Of a DNA stretch of 51,186 nucleotides, positions 25,561-35,503 are shown piece by piece; positions within the stretch are counted from its first letter, which is position 1, and each line of letters begins with the position of its first letter. The notes under the pieces are model-generated. The model did no database searches, was not told the origin of the DNA, and saw only the letters and a list, made by a program, of their open reading frames with translations. The translations under genes and the position numbers were made by a program. Origin of the DNA: a virus (Duplodnaviria; Caudoviricetes); the IMG/VR virus record IMGVR_UViG_3300002461_000224, positions 1-51,186 of that record. One strand, given 5' to 3'.

Positions 25561-25615
25561 CGACCCGCGCCACCCCGGGAACGGGCGGCAATCAAACCAA
25601 AACGGAGAACTACCC

Positions 25616-26203
25616 ATGAAACTGACCCGTCGTTTCGGGCTGGGCGCGGTCGCGCTTGTTGCGGCCACCGTCCTCGCCCATGCCGCTGGCATGTTCGCCA
25701 ACCTGCCCATCGTGGGCGGCGCTGCCTATTGCGCTCTCTACGCCGGCGACGGCACGACCTGCACCGGCTCTGTCCCGGCTGGTCCGACCGTTCTGACGGG
25801 CACCGAGCTGATTCCGGCCGACACCGGCCTTGCTGGCGGTGCGAGCCCTCAGACAGTCTCCATCGCGGCGCGCTCGCTTGGCGGCGGCCCGACCCAGTAC
25901 TCCACCCCGCTCACTGGCGTTACCCAGGCCGTAGCCGCCGGCACGCGTCAGGTCATCCTTGAGCCTGCCGGCACGATTGCCGCCCACACGCTCACGCTTC
26001 CGGCGGCGTCGCTGTTGACCGAAGGCCAGCGGCTCGGCGTCTGCTCAACGCAGGTCGTGACGGCGCTGACCATCACCCCTGGCTCCGGCACCACTGTATC
26101 AAATACGTTGACCGCTACGCAGGTGCCTTTGGGCACGGGGGGTGCCTTCTGCGCTGAATGGGTTTACGTCAAGTCCGTCACGAAATGGCTAAGGACTCAA
26201 TGA
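25616..26203 (+). CDS. Signal-peptide-bearing, Thr/Gly-rich putative virion decoration/fibre protein
   Basis: MKLTRRFGLGAVALVAATVLAHA leader; 4 Cys; beta-rich. Confidence 0.75.
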   Translation: MKLTRRFGLGAVALVAATVLAHAAGMFANLPIVGGAAYCALYAGDGTTCTGSVPAGPTVLTGTELIPADTGLAGGASPQTVSIAARSLGGGPTQYSTPLTGVTQAVAAGTRQVILEPAGTIAAHTLTLPAASLLTEGQRLGVCSTQVVTALTITPGSGTTVSNTLTATQVPLGTGGAFCAEWVYVKSVTKWLRTQ

Positions 26204-26224
26204 GTTCAGTGGCTTAGGCCGCAC

Positions 26225-26737
26225 ATGCTTAGTTCTCCTCAACTTCGCCAGTTGCTTGATTATGATCCGGCAACTGGCGTCTTTTTGTGGAAGCCCCGGG
26301 CCAACGTCACCAGAACTGAAAAGAGCTGGAACGCGAGGTTCGCAGGCAAACTCGCTGGCCGCATCAACAACCAAGGCTATCGGGAGATCGCCATATTCGG
26401 GAAGCTCTACAAGGCCAGCCGCCTTGCGTGGCTTTACATGACTGGCGAATGGCCGGCCGACATGATCGACCACCAAGATCGGAACAGGGCCAACGATAGC
26501 TTCTCCAACTTACGAGAGGCGACCCCTGCGCAGAATAGTCAGAACGCAAAACCGCGCAGTAATAAGACCGGCTTCCAAGGCGTGTTTCTGCATAAGCCAA
26601 GCGGTCGGTTCACGAGCCAAATCCAGGTCGCCCGGCAGCGCATCAGCCTCGGGTACTTCGACACACCAGAGTTAGCCCATCAAGCCTACGTGGAAGCCTT
26701 GAGCATCCATCACGGCGAGTTCGCATATCCCTCATAA
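26225..26737 (+). CDS. HNH-AP2 homing endonuclease
   Basis: YDPATGVFLW, RLAWLY, IDH.D.N..N...NLR, LGYFDTPE. Confidence 0.9.
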   Translation: MLSSPQLRQLLDYDPATGVFLWKPRANVTRTEKSWNARFAGKLAGRINNQGYREIAIFGKLYKASRLAWLYMTGEWPADMIDHQDRNRANDSFSNLREATPAQNSQNAKPRSNKTGFQGVFLHKPSGRFTSQIQVARQRISLGYFDTPELAHQAYVEALSIHHGEFAYPS

Positions 26738-26766
26738 CCCGGCGAAAGCCTCAGGAGTTTGCAGCC

Positions 26767-27207
26767 ATGCCCGCTATTGCGCGCGTTCTTCCATGGTTCC
26801 GCCAGATCACTGGCGAGACCGTCAACAGCCTCATCGATGCTGTGAACAACTTGACCGGCTTTGGTACGCCGCAAGCTGTTTCATCGTCCGGTGAGGTATT
26901 CGCACTGTCCGCGCTCACGACCAACGGCGCGATCAGTCCAACGACCCCGGCGAACTACGTCATCACCAAGGCTGGTGTGCTCGCCGATACGCTCGCAGCA
27001 CCCACCTCCGATGGCATCGTCATCAAGATTACGTCCGCCACGGCAAACGCCCACACCATCACCGCCACCGGCCTGCTCCAGACAGGAGCCGGAGCGAACG
27101 TCAACCAAGCTGCGCTTGCCGCCCAGCCTGGCGCTGGCATCACGCTCATGTCCTATCAGGCCAAATGGTACGTGATCGGCTCGGTCGGAACCGTAACATA
27201 CAGCTAA
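26767..27207 (+). CDS. Putative head decoration/structural protein
   Basis: T/A/G-rich beta protein; AGGAG RBS. Confidence 0.65.
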   Translation: MPAIARVLPWFRQITGETVNSLIDAVNNLTGFGTPQAVSSSGEVFALSALTTNGAISPTTPANYVITKAGVLADTLAAPTSDGIVIKITSATANAHTITATGLLQTGAGANVNQAALAAQPGAGITLMSYQAKWYVIGSVGTVTYS

Positions 27208-27219
27208 TGGAGAGTAGCA

Positions 27220-27474
27220 ATGCCTTTGAAAGCTGCAGACGCCCTGCTGGCCTCGTTTCAGGGGATCAATACCGGCCCAGGCCCCATCTCACTCCCGGGC
27301 GCTAGGGTCGGCGATTTCATAACGACGATCGAAGAAGCCGGTAATTTTCAAGATTTCCGCCCGCTCTTCGAGCAGACAATCTCAGTAGATGATGAGATTC
27401 AGCAGACCGCTACGGCACCCCTGGCAGCCAATACTTTCACCGCCGTGTTGGTTCGAGAGATCGCGGTCTCGTAA
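27220..27474 (+). CDS. Putative small structural protein
   Basis: GARVGD...FEQTISVDDEIQQ. Confidence 0.6.
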   Translation: MPLKAADALLASFQGINTGPGPISLPGARVGDFITTIEEAGNFQDFRPLFEQTISVDDEIQQTATAPLAANTFTAVLVREIAVS

Positions 27475-27482
27475 GGCACAGC

Positions 27483-27731
27483 ATGATCTCGCAAGAGCTA
27501 ATAGCCGCGATCGGCAGGCTCTTGCGGGACATGCCGCGTAACCAAGCCGCTATCGAAGTAGGCGAGGCATTGAACAAGGCCGTAGCTTCTACTCCCGTAG
27601 TCTCTACGCCAGCCACCAAGCCTGTAGCTTCTACATCATGCCCCGACTGCGAACGACGCAGGCAGAGCAAAAACAAGTCCATGAAGAAGTGGCGGTCAAA
27701 GGCCAATGTCACCTCAGCCTCAGCCGGTTAA
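27483..27731 (+). CDS. Hypothetical protein with CPDC motif and basic tail
   Basis: ORF preceding terS. Confidence 0.55.
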   Translation: MISQELIAAIGRLLRDMPRNQAAIEVGEALNKAVASTPVVSTPATKPVASTSCPDCERRRQSKNKSMKKWRSKANVTSASAG

Positions 27732-28005
27732 GAAAACCGACAATAAGCACAAACTGCCCCCGGGCCCCGGTCGGCCCAAAGGCGCGCCCAACAAAACCAC
27801 GGCATTGCTCAAGGACGCCATCCTCAAGGCGGCGGAACAGGCCGGGGGCAAGGAGGGCGTGGTCGGCTATCTCAAGGTCCAGGCCAAGAAGAACCCGGGC
27901 CCGTTCATGGCGCTCCTCGGCAAGGTGCTCCCGATGCAGATAGCAGGACCGGACGGCGGCGAGTTGAAGATCATCATCCAGGGACCGGATGCCGGGCTCC
28001 TTTGA
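27706..28005 (+). CDS. terS: Terminase small subunit
   Basis: GRPKGAPNKTT; FMALLGKVLP; directly upstream of terL. Confidence 0.85.
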   Translation: MSPQPQPVKKTDNKHKLPPGPGRPKGAPNKTTALLKDAILKAAEQAGGKEGVVGYLKVQAKKNPGPFMALLGKVLPMQIAGPDGGELKIIIQGPDAGLL

Positions 28006-29335
28006 ACTGACGCCGAAGCAGACCGAGGCGACCAAGCTTCTCGGTTCGCCGGCCACCCATACGATGCTCTACGGAGGCTCACGGTCGGGCAAGACGTTCA
28101 CCATCATCCGGGCCATCATCACCCGGGCGCTGGCCCACAAGAGCCGCCATGCGGTCCTGAGGTATCGGTTTAACCACCTCAAGGGCTCGGTGATCTACGA
28201 CACGCTGCCCAAGGTGATGGAGCTTTGCTTCCCGGGCGTGGCCGACCTGAGCCACATGGACAGGTCGGATTGGTTCTACACGCTGCCCAATCGGTCCGAG
28301 ATTTGGTTCGGCGGCTTGGACGACAAGGAGCGGACGGAGAAGATCCTCGGGCAGGAATACGCCTCGATGTTCCTGAACGAGTGTTCCCAGATCCCTTGGA
28401 CCTCGCGCAACATCGCCATGACCCGGCTGGCGCAACTGACGCCGCTGCGGCTCCGGGCCTATTACGACTGCAACCCGCCCAACGAGGCCCATTGGACCAA
28501 GCGGGTGTTTGTGGACCGGATCGACCCGGACACGCGGACGCCGTTCCGCAACAAGGACAACTTCACCTCCATGGTGATGAACCCGGCCGACAACGCCGGG
28601 AACCTGCCAAAGGAATATCTGGACGAACTGAACGCGCTGCCCGAGCGGATGCGGCGGCGCTTCATGCTCGGCATGTTCGGGACCGCTGCAGAGGGCGCGC
28701 TCTGGACGCTGGAGAGCATCGACCGCGGGCGCGTGCTGGATGGGGTCTATCCCGAGCTGCAGCGCATCGTCATCTCGGTTGACCCGTCGGGCTGCTCGGG
28801 GCCGGAAGACGTCCGCTCCGATGAGGTGGGCATCATCGTGGTTGGGCTCGGCATCGATGGCCGCGCCTACGTCCTAGAGGATTTGTCGGGCCGCTTTGGC
28901 CCAGGTGGGCCGCAGGGCTGGGGCCAGATCGTGGCCTCTGCGTTCGACCGCCACGGCGCCGATTGCGTGGTCGCTGAGACCAACTTCGGCGGCGACATGG
29001 TTCATGAGGTGATCCGGGTCGCAAGGCCGCGGACGCCGTTCAAGAAGGTCACCGCATCGCGGGGCAAGGTTGTGAGGGCCGAACCGATTGCGGCGCTCTA
29101 CGGCTCGGAGAACGACGTGGGGAAGGTTTCTCACGTCGGGATATTCCCAAAGCTTGAGGATCAGATGTGCGGGTTCACGACGGCCGGCTATGCGGGCGAC
29201 CGATCGCCGGATCGCGCGGATTCGCTTGTGTGGGGATTAGCCGAGTTGTTCCCGGTCCTGTCGAAGCCTCCGAAGGTCGGGGTCTCGGTCTCCGTGCCGC
29301 CGCCGCCGACCTCGCCGCAAGCATGGATGGGCTGA
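27989..29335 (+). CDS. terL: Terminase large subunit
   Basis: YGGSRSGKT, DCNP, ISVDPS, ETNFGG, SPDRAD. Confidence 0.95.
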   Translation: MPGSFELTPKQTEATKLLGSPATHTMLYGGSRSGKTFTIIRAIITRALAHKSRHAVLRYRFNHLKGSVIYDTLPKVMELCFPGVADLSHMDRSDWFYTLPNRSEIWFGGLDDKERTEKILGQEYASMFLNECSQIPWTSRNIAMTRLAQLTPLRLRAYYDCNPPNEAHWTKRVFVDRIDPDTRTPFRNKDNFTSMVMNPADNAGNLPKEYLDELNALPERMRRRFMLGMFGTAAEGALWTLESIDRGRVLDGVYPELQRIVISVDPSGCSGPEDVRSDEVGIIVVGLGIDGRAYVLEDLSGRFGPGGPQGWGQIVASAFDRHGADCVVAETNFGGDMVHEVIRVARPRTPFKKVTASRGKVVRAEPIAALYGSENDVGKVSHVGIFPKLEDQMCGFTTAGYAGDRSPDRADSLVWGLAELFPVLSKPPKVGVSVSVPPPPTSPQAWMG

Positions 29336-29339
29336 AATA

Positions 29340-29795
29340 ATGGCAAAGTTCCCACGGTTGGAAGCGATGCGGGCACAACGCCAGCGTCGCGAGGAAGAGG
29401 CGTGCGCTCCTGTCCTCGGCATGCTGCGGCTCTCGCAAGAGCGCGCACGGGGCCTTGAGAAGTCGCTGCGGTCATTGGAGACCGTGGTTGCGTCAAAGAT
29501 TGGCGACCATTTGTTTGAGGAGATAGGCTATCGGGTCGGCCAAGAGCTACGGCAGCAAATTCACAAGGCCGTGCTGAAGAGTGGGGCTGGCCGCGAGCCG
29601 GTCACCATTACGATCGACCCGTCTACGCTTGCGTTCATGGACCCATCCGCTGTTGAGCGGATGGTTCTTGACCAATGCAGGAGGAATCTCCCGAGCACCA
29701 TGCGGGTGAGCGCTGACGTGGTGCCGCAGGAATGCGCAACGATCCTCACCATTTCGCTCCCGTCACTGCACCACCGCACAGTGCTGGCTGCCTAA
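29340..29795 (+). CDS. Hypothetical protein between terL and portal
   Basis: Fills the gap exactly. Confidence 0.65.
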   Translation: MAKFPRLEAMRAQRQRREEEACAPVLGMLRLSQERARGLEKSLRSLETVVASKIGDHLFEEIGYRVGQELRQQIHKAVLKSGAGREPVTITIDPSTLAFMDPSAVERMVLDQCRRNLPSTMRVSADVVPQECATILTISLPSLHHRTVLAA

Positions 29796-29798
29796 CGC

Positions 29799-32048
29799 AT
29801 GGAGCAGCGCGGCAAGTTCCCCTTCAAGCCACCGGAGGAAGAGAAGCTAATCACCCGAGCCCAGAAGCAGTTGAAGGCCTTCATGGATTGGGAGGGGAAG
29901 TTCCGGCAGTCGTTCGTGAACGACGTGCAGTTCGCCAACGGGGACTCGGACAACAACTGGCAGTGGGATGGTGAGGTGCTGACCTCGCGTGCCGGCGCGC
30001 CCTCCATGACCATCAACATGACGCTGATCCATTGCCTGCTGGTACAGAACGACATCAAGAAGAACCCGCCTGCGATCACGGTGCGACCGACCGGGATGGG
30101 GGCGACCACCAAGTCGGCCGGCATCTATGGCGGGCTGATCCGGGAGATATCCCGGGCCTCGGACGCGACCAACATCTATCTCAAGGCCTCGGAGCACCTG
30201 ATACAGGGCGGGGTGGGCTACTGGCGGGTGCTGACGGAGTACGAGAGCGAGGACAGCTTCGACCAGGTTATCCGCATCAGGAGCGTCCGCAGCCCCATGG
30301 GCGTGGCAATGGACCCCGATGCCAAGGAGCCATCAGGCGCCGACGCCAAATGGGGCCAGATATTCGAGGACGTGAAGAACGAAGACCTCGAGGAAGAGCA
30401 CGCCAAGTACAAGGACCAGATCGGGGCCGGCAATGCTGTGCTGCAGACCGGGGCTGACTCGGCTTGGCAGAACAAGGACCACACCCGGGTTGCCGAGTGG
30501 TACGAGAAGGAGCTGTTCGAGGACCGGCTGATCGGGTTCACGAGCGAGACCACGGGCAAGCTGGTGACGCAGTTCGCCAGCGACATTGCATCCGAGGTGC
30601 TGCAGCAGCTCCTCAAGGACGGGGCTCAAACCCGCAAGGTCGTCCGCTCCCGCATCTGCTGGTATAAAATCTTCGGCAACAAGATCGTCGACTACCGGGA
30701 AGTCCCCGGCAAGAAGTACATCCCGATTGTCCGCGTGGTTGGTCAGGAGACCATCATCGACGGCAACCTCGACCGCAAGGGGATGGTGCGGAACCTGAAG
30801 GATCCGCAGCGGAACATGAACTACTGGGTCTCGGCGGGTGCCATGCAGGTGGCGCTGCAGACCAACGTGCCATGGGTTGGCCCGGCCAAGGCGTTCGAGA
30901 ACATCACGGCGTGGCAGGACGCGAACGTAAAGCGCTACGCCTATCTGCCGTATAACCATGTGGACGACCAGGGCGAGCCGATCCCGGCCCCTACGCGCCC
31001 CGCGCCGCCGGTGCTGGCCTCGGCCTACATCAACGGCATCCAGATCGCGTCGCAGCAGTTCAAGGACATCTCGGGCCAGCACGAGGCCACGCAGGGGGCG
31101 GACGGCAACGAGCGCTCAGGCGTGGCGATCGACAACCGGAAGATTCAGGGCGAGACTTCCACCTATCACTTCCCCAACGCGCTCGCGATGGGAGTGGCGC
31201 ACACTGGGCGGATCATCGTGGACATGGTTCCCGAGGTCTACGACACGCCGCGGCTGATCCGTATCTCCAACGTGGATATGAGCCAGACCGACGTCCAACT
31301 CGATCCCAGCGCCCCGCAGGCCCATCAGGAGGCCGACAAGCCGGACGAGGAGAACGCCACCGAGGCCATCTGGAACCCCAAGATTGGTTCCTACGAGGTC
31401 GAAGCGGAAGCCGGGCCGGACTACTCGACGCAGCGCGAATGGACCGTGGACACGATGGGCGCGATCCTGGCCCAGAACAAAGACCTCTGGACCGTGGTGG
31501 GCGACCTGTTCGTGGAGAACATGGACTTCCCGGGCGCGGAGGAGATGGCGGAGCGGATCCGGCGGACCATGAACCCGGCTGTGCTGGGCAAGGGGCCGAG
31601 CCCGAACGAGCAGAGCCTGCAGGGCCAACTCGATCAGGCGGGCAAGCTCATTCAGTCCTTGGTGGAGTCCGTCGCCGAGAAGCAGCGGCTGCTCGACAAC
31701 AAGGACGAGGAACTTACGATCAAGGCCGAGGCCGAGTTCACGCGGCGCATGGACGCCGAGTCTCGCCGCATCAAGGAGGCCGGGAACGCTCAGGCCAACT
31801 TCGCGGCGGCCGGGCTGGAACCGGATATCCGCAACGTGATGAACGACGCCACAGCGGAAGCCATGAACGACGATCTCGCCGAGGTCTTGAACACGCGCAA
31901 GGCAGAAGCCGAGGCGGAGGACGAGCCTGTCGATGGCGGCGAGGACGCTACGTCGCCAATGCCCGGCGCGCGGCTGGCCCCCGATGGCAAGCACTACATC
32001 TCGGACCCGGAAAGGCCGGGCAAGTACCTGCAGATAGCAGATGCCTAA
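29799..32048 (+). CDS. P22-like portal protein
   Basis: 749 aa; GMVRNLKDPQRNMNY, SGVAI, GPDYSTQR. Confidence 0.93.
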   Translation: MEQRGKFPFKPPEEEKLITRAQKQLKAFMDWEGKFRQSFVNDVQFANGDSDNNWQWDGEVLTSRAGAPSMTINMTLIHCLLVQNDIKKNPPAITVRPTGMGATTKSAGIYGGLIREISRASDATNIYLKASEHLIQGGVGYWRVLTEYESEDSFDQVIRIRSVRSPMGVAMDPDAKEPSGADAKWGQIFEDVKNEDLEEEHAKYKDQIGAGNAVLQTGADSAWQNKDHTRVAEWYEKELFEDRLIGFTSETTGKLVTQFASDIASEVLQQLLKDGAQTRKVVRSRICWYKIFGNKIVDYREVPGKKYIPIVRVVGQETIIDGNLDRKGMVRNLKDPQRNMNYWVSAGAMQVALQTNVPWVGPAKAFENITAWQDANVKRYAYLPYNHVDDQGEPIPAPTRPAPPVLASAYINGIQIASQQFKDISGQHEATQGADGNERSGVAIDNRKIQGETSTYHFPNALAMGVAHTGRIIVDMVPEVYDTPRLIRISNVDMSQTDVQLDPSAPQAHQEADKPDEENATEAIWNPKIGSYEVEAEAGPDYSTQREWTVDTMGAILAQNKDLWTVVGDLFVENMDFPGAEEMAERIRRTMNPAVLGKGPSPNEQSLQGQLDQAGKLIQSLVESVAEKQRLLDNKDEELTIKAEAEFTRRMDAESRRIKEAGNAQANFAAAGLEPDIRNVMNDATAEAMNDDLAEVLNTRKAEAEAEDEPVDGGEDATSPMPGARLAPDGKHYISDPERPGKYLQIADA

Positions 32049-33438
32049 CAAGCTGATGGCCCCCGTGGAAGATGACCCGTTCGCGGGGCAGGCGGGGGCG
32101 TTCGGAGTGGCGTCGCCGGGTGAGTTGGCGAACGTGCAGCCGAACATCCTGAACAAGATATTTGGGGGCTTGGTCAACAGCCTCGTCACGCTGCCGAAGC
32201 GGGCGGTTGATGCGTCTGCCAATAGGCTGATGGGCGGCGACTATGACCCGGGCCCGGTCCTTGAGGCAGCAATGCTGCCAATGGGCACGGGCGCGATTGC
32301 TGGCGTCCCCATGCGGGCGGGCGAGGCGGTCTTGGGCGCGGGTCCGATCCGCGCCTATCACGGCTCGCCGCACGACTTCGACAAGTTCTCAATGTCGAAG
32401 ATCGGCACGGGCGAGGGCGCGCAGGCTTACGGGCATGGGTTGTATTTTGCGGAGAGCGAGGGCGTAGCAAGAAGCTACCGCGACGCGCTCCAGCAGTTCA
32501 GCATTAACGGGAAAGCGGCGGACGGGATGGACCCTTCCCACATCGCGGCGGTCACCCTGAAAAACTACGGCGGGAATAAAGCCAAGGCGATTGACGATTT
32601 GCAGATGGTGGCAACGCGGGGGCCCGAGGCGGAGCGCGGTGCGGCAAGCGAGGCATTGGATATGCTTCGGTCAGACGCCACCCTCCCTAAAGTCTCTGGC
32701 GGCAAGATGTACGAGGTCCAGATCAAGGCCGACCCGGACCACTTTCTGGACTGGGATAAGGCGCTGAAGGACCAGCCGAAGGCGATCCAAGATTTATACA
32801 ACGCCAAAATCGTGGGCGGGCTCAAAACGCGCGAGCTAGGGGTTAATCCGAACCTCGGGCCGCTGACGGATGTGATCCACCCCGACGGTGGCAGTTTGGG
32901 TGTCTTCACAAAGGAACAACTCCCGGACGTTCTAGCCAACCCCGCGAAGTATGTTCCGGCGAGGGGGGAGAACTTCTACCGGAGCCTGCATGAAGATGCG
33001 ATCCGGGGCGGGAAGCCCGAGCCTGCGAAGGTCAAAGAACTGCAGGTTGTCGATCAACTGCGCAATGCCGGCATCCCCGGCATCAAGTACCTAGACCAAG
33101 GCTCGCGCGGTGTCCCGACTGTTGGCAATGGCCGTGTGGCCGGCCGGGGTGATGGCAAGTTCGATATCGTGGATGACTTCGGTGTGCAGGCCGGTCCCTT
33201 CGATACGAAGGCCGAGGCTATGCAGTACCTCAACCCCGAAAAGAACATGACCCGCAACTTCGTAGTGTTTGACGACAAGCTGGTCGACATCATCAAGAAG
33301 TACGGCATTGCCGGGCTGTCGATGATGCCGCCCGCGACCGCCGCGTTTCTGTCCAACCGCATCAAGCCGGTAGAGCACGACCCATTTGGGCCGGCGCTGG
33401 TGGCTGTCGACCACGACCCGTTCGCGGAGAAACTATGA
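32041..33438 (+). CDS. ADP-ribosyltransferase-like (ART-PolyVal-type) domain protein
   Basis: AYHGSPHDFDKF...GEGAQAYGHGLYFAE...NFVVFD; DPF repeats at both termini. Confidence 0.65.
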   Translation: MPNKLMAPVEDDPFAGQAGAFGVASPGELANVQPNILNKIFGGLVNSLVTLPKRAVDASANRLMGGDYDPGPVLEAAMLPMGTGAIAGVPMRAGEAVLGAGPIRAYHGSPHDFDKFSMSKIGTGEGAQAYGHGLYFAESEGVARSYRDALQQFSINGKAADGMDPSHIAAVTLKNYGGNKAKAIDDLQMVATRGPEAERGAASEALDMLRSDATLPKVSGGKMYEVQIKADPDHFLDWDKALKDQPKAIQDLYNAKIVGGLKTRELGVNPNLGPLTDVIHPDGGSLGVFTKEQLPDVLANPAKYVPARGENFYRSLHEDAIRGGKPEPAKVKELQVVDQLRNAGIPGIKYLDQGSRGVPTVGNGRVAGRGDGKFDIVDDFGVQAGPFDTKAEAMQYLNPEKNMTRNFVVFDDKLVDIIKKYGIAGLSMMPPATAAFLSNRIKPVEHDPFGPALVAVDHDPFAEKL

Positions 33439-33554
33439 ACGACACCGAGGAAGCCATCGCGACAGCATGGCAGGTCTTTGCCGTGCGGCTTGTGTTCTGG
33501 CTGATGATGATTGGGCTGTACGTGTTTACCGCGCCTGAGGAGTTGGTGCTTTGA
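33435..33554 (+). CDS. Small single-TM peptide
   Basis: GGAG RBS; coupled on both sides. Confidence 0.5.
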   Translation: MNDTEEAIATAWQVFAVRLVFWLMMIGLYVFTAPEELVL

Positions 33555-33793
33555 ACACGGCCGCGCTGATCCGTGACGCCGCGCCGTCGCCCGTGCGCGC
33601 CCAGTGGTGCGTCGGGAGCAACGCCAACTGCGTCAGCGTCCTGATTGAGAACGGCGACGTGGTGATGGCTGGGACGCTGATAGACAACGCCGCGGCCCAT
33701 CGTGGGATGGCTGTGGCGGAGGTCTGCCGGGTCCGTCAGGGCACCCGGGAGGCGGCCTATGCGCGGCTGGAGCCCAAGGCAAACCCTACGTGA
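33551..33793 (+). CDS. Hypothetical protein
   Basis: Coupled ORF, TTG start. Confidence 0.5.
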   Translation: MNTAALIRDAAPSPVRAQWCVGSNANCVSVLIENGDVVMAGTLIDNAAAHRGMAVAEVCRVRQGTREAAYARLEPKANPT

Positions 33794-34278
33794 CGCCAGC
33801 GGAGACGCTGGCAAAGGCCAAGCAACTGGACGGGTTCCTCGGGAATGCGGTCAAGGAAATCAGAGCAATGAACAAATTCGCTGAGACGGCATCGAAGATC
33901 AAGGCCAGCCTGGATTCCATGAACGCGGAGGCGGATGACCTCTCCACGGATGCCGACAAGACCATGTCGACGTTCATGGCGGCGGCGGCCAAGTACCGTG
34001 GCCTGCTGAACGACGCGCGGGAAGGCATCAAGGCAATGGAGGAGGCTGCGGCTGCGATGGTGGGGAACGGAAGCCCTTTGCCAGACTCGCCGCCGGTTTC
34101 GCCGCCGTTGCCGCCCGTATCAGAAGAGCCCGTGAAGGTGGAGGAGCCGGCCCCGGCGCCTGAGCCGATGCCCGACGAGCCGACCGCACCCGAACCGGAG
34201 TCCATCCCCGAGCCCGTGGTCGAGCCCACGCCGCTCCCGGCTGTAGACCCGACTGCAAACGGGAACGCGCCAGCATGA
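33790..34278 (+). CDS. Coiled-coil protein with Pro/Glu-rich tail
   Basis: Coupled ORF. Confidence 0.7.
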   Translation: MTPAETLAKAKQLDGFLGNAVKEIRAMNKFAETASKIKASLDSMNAEADDLSTDADKTMSTFMAAAAKYRGLLNDAREGIKAMEEAAAAMVGNGSPLPDSPPVSPPLPPVSEEPVKVEEPAPAPEPMPDEPTAPEPESIPEPVVEPTPLPAVDPTANGNAPA

Positions 34279-34559
34279 AGTTCCGCAAGAAGCCTGTCGT
34301 CATCGAAGCGTGGCCGGTCAAGGATTTGGTCCGGGATTTCAGCGGCGACCTTTCGGGCGGGACTTGGGCCAACATTCCGGCTCAGGTGATGAACGCTTAC
34401 GAGACGGGCAATGTCGTCATCTTCGGGGACCGACTGCACATTTTCACGCTGGAAGGCGTCATGGATGCGATGCCCGAGGATATGCTGATCTGTGGGGTGC
34501 AGGGCGAACTCTACCCCTGCAAGCCCGACATCTTCGCCGCCACCTACGAGGCTGCATGA
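34275..34559 (+). CDS. Conserved phage protein (KFRKKPVVIEA...GELYPCKPDIF family)
   Basis: Recognisable motif. Confidence 0.85.
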   Translation: MKFRKKPVVIEAWPVKDLVRDFSGDLSGGTWANIPAQVMNAYETGNVVIFGDRLHIFTLEGVMDAMPEDMLICGVQGELYPCKPDIFAATYEAA

Positions 34560-34747
34560 TGTTTGAGGTTGGGAAATCCTACCGGACAGCGAGCGGGAAA
34601 ACCGCTCAGGTTCTCAACGACCATGGCCAGACGATGCGGCTCCCGCTGCGGATTATGGTGCGCGGTGACGTGCATTGGGCTGGGCATGACGGCCACTACG
34701 AGGGGGGCCAATTGCTGCACGGCGCTATCGAGGATGAAGTCCGATGA
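34556..34747 (+). CDS. Small SH3-like hypothetical protein
   Basis: FEVGKSYRTASG; coupled. Confidence 0.65.
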   Translation: MMFEVGKSYRTASGKTAQVLNDHGQTMRLPLRIMVRGDVHWAGHDGHYEGGQLLHGAIEDEVR

Positions 34748-35094
34748 CCACCCAGCTCATCCGCATGATGGCCAAGGAGGTCGCGGGAGCCTTTTACGAC
34801 GGGCACCAGCGGTCCTTGCGGTTTCGGGTGGAGAACCCCGACCAAGATCAATTCGTCGCCCAGCACTGGCCGCATTACGTTGACGAGGCCAAGAAGGCGC
34901 TGGTGGAGTTGATGGTGCGGCCTGACACGCCCGAGCACCAGAAGGCGGCGATCGAGGCGGAACTGATCGAGCACTTTGAACGCTCTCAGTCCCCCCATGC
35001 CCGCGAGGTTCTACAGGTTTCCTCCGCCCCAAGGGAGCGGGAGGACATCAAGCATGTCGACAACAGCCCGGAACTCCGATCGGTAGGTGCCTGA
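34744..35094 (+). CDS. Hypothetical protein
   Basis: Coupled ORF. Confidence 0.75.
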   Translation: MTTQLIRMMAKEVAGAFYDGHQRSLRFRVENPDQDQFVAQHWPHYVDEAKKALVELMVRPDTPEHQKAAIEAELIEHFERSQSPHAREVLQVSSAPREREDIKHVDNSPELRSVGA

Positions 35095-35303
35095 TGGCCC
35101 ACAAGAAAAAGAAGCCCTCCCCGAACGCCCTCGTAGGCGATAGCCCCGCGATCTGGGCAGGCGATTCCGCCAAGTACCGGGCCGAGGAAGACCACCGGAC
35201 GCTGACCCGTGCCGGAGAGATCAAGGCCGACAAGGACCGCATGAAGGCGGCTCAGGCCCACCACAAGAGCGTGAACAAGCACATGGACAAGGCCTGCAAA
35301 TGA
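35094..35303 (+). CDS. Small basic phage protein
   Basis: YRAEEDHRTLTRAGEIKADKDRMKAA. Confidence 0.75.
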   Translation: MAHKKKKPSPNALVGDSPAIWAGDSAKYRAEEDHRTLTRAGEIKADKDRMKAAQAHHKSVNKHMDKACK

Positions 35304-35503
35304 CGCTGGATGAGTTCGGCCTCATCGCCCTCAAGGGCTACTACGCGCGCAAGCGTCGGATGAAGCGCGGGCGCAAGGCCAACCCGTCGCTCAAACACAG
35401 TCCGCTCCATTCTCTGCTCAAAGGCCAGACCAAGTTCACCGGCCCGCTGCGCATCCGCCTTCCGGCCGACTACAATGTATCCCTCCAGGAAGAAACCGCA
35501 TGA
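35300..35503 (+). CDS. Small basic protein with a coat-like peptide
   Basis: LRIRLPADYNV versus coat LKVRLPNDYTV; coupled on both sides. Confidence 0.6.
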   Translation: MTLDEFGLIALKGYYARKRRMKRGRKANPSLKHSPLHSLLKGQTKFTGPLRIRLPADYNVSLQEETA

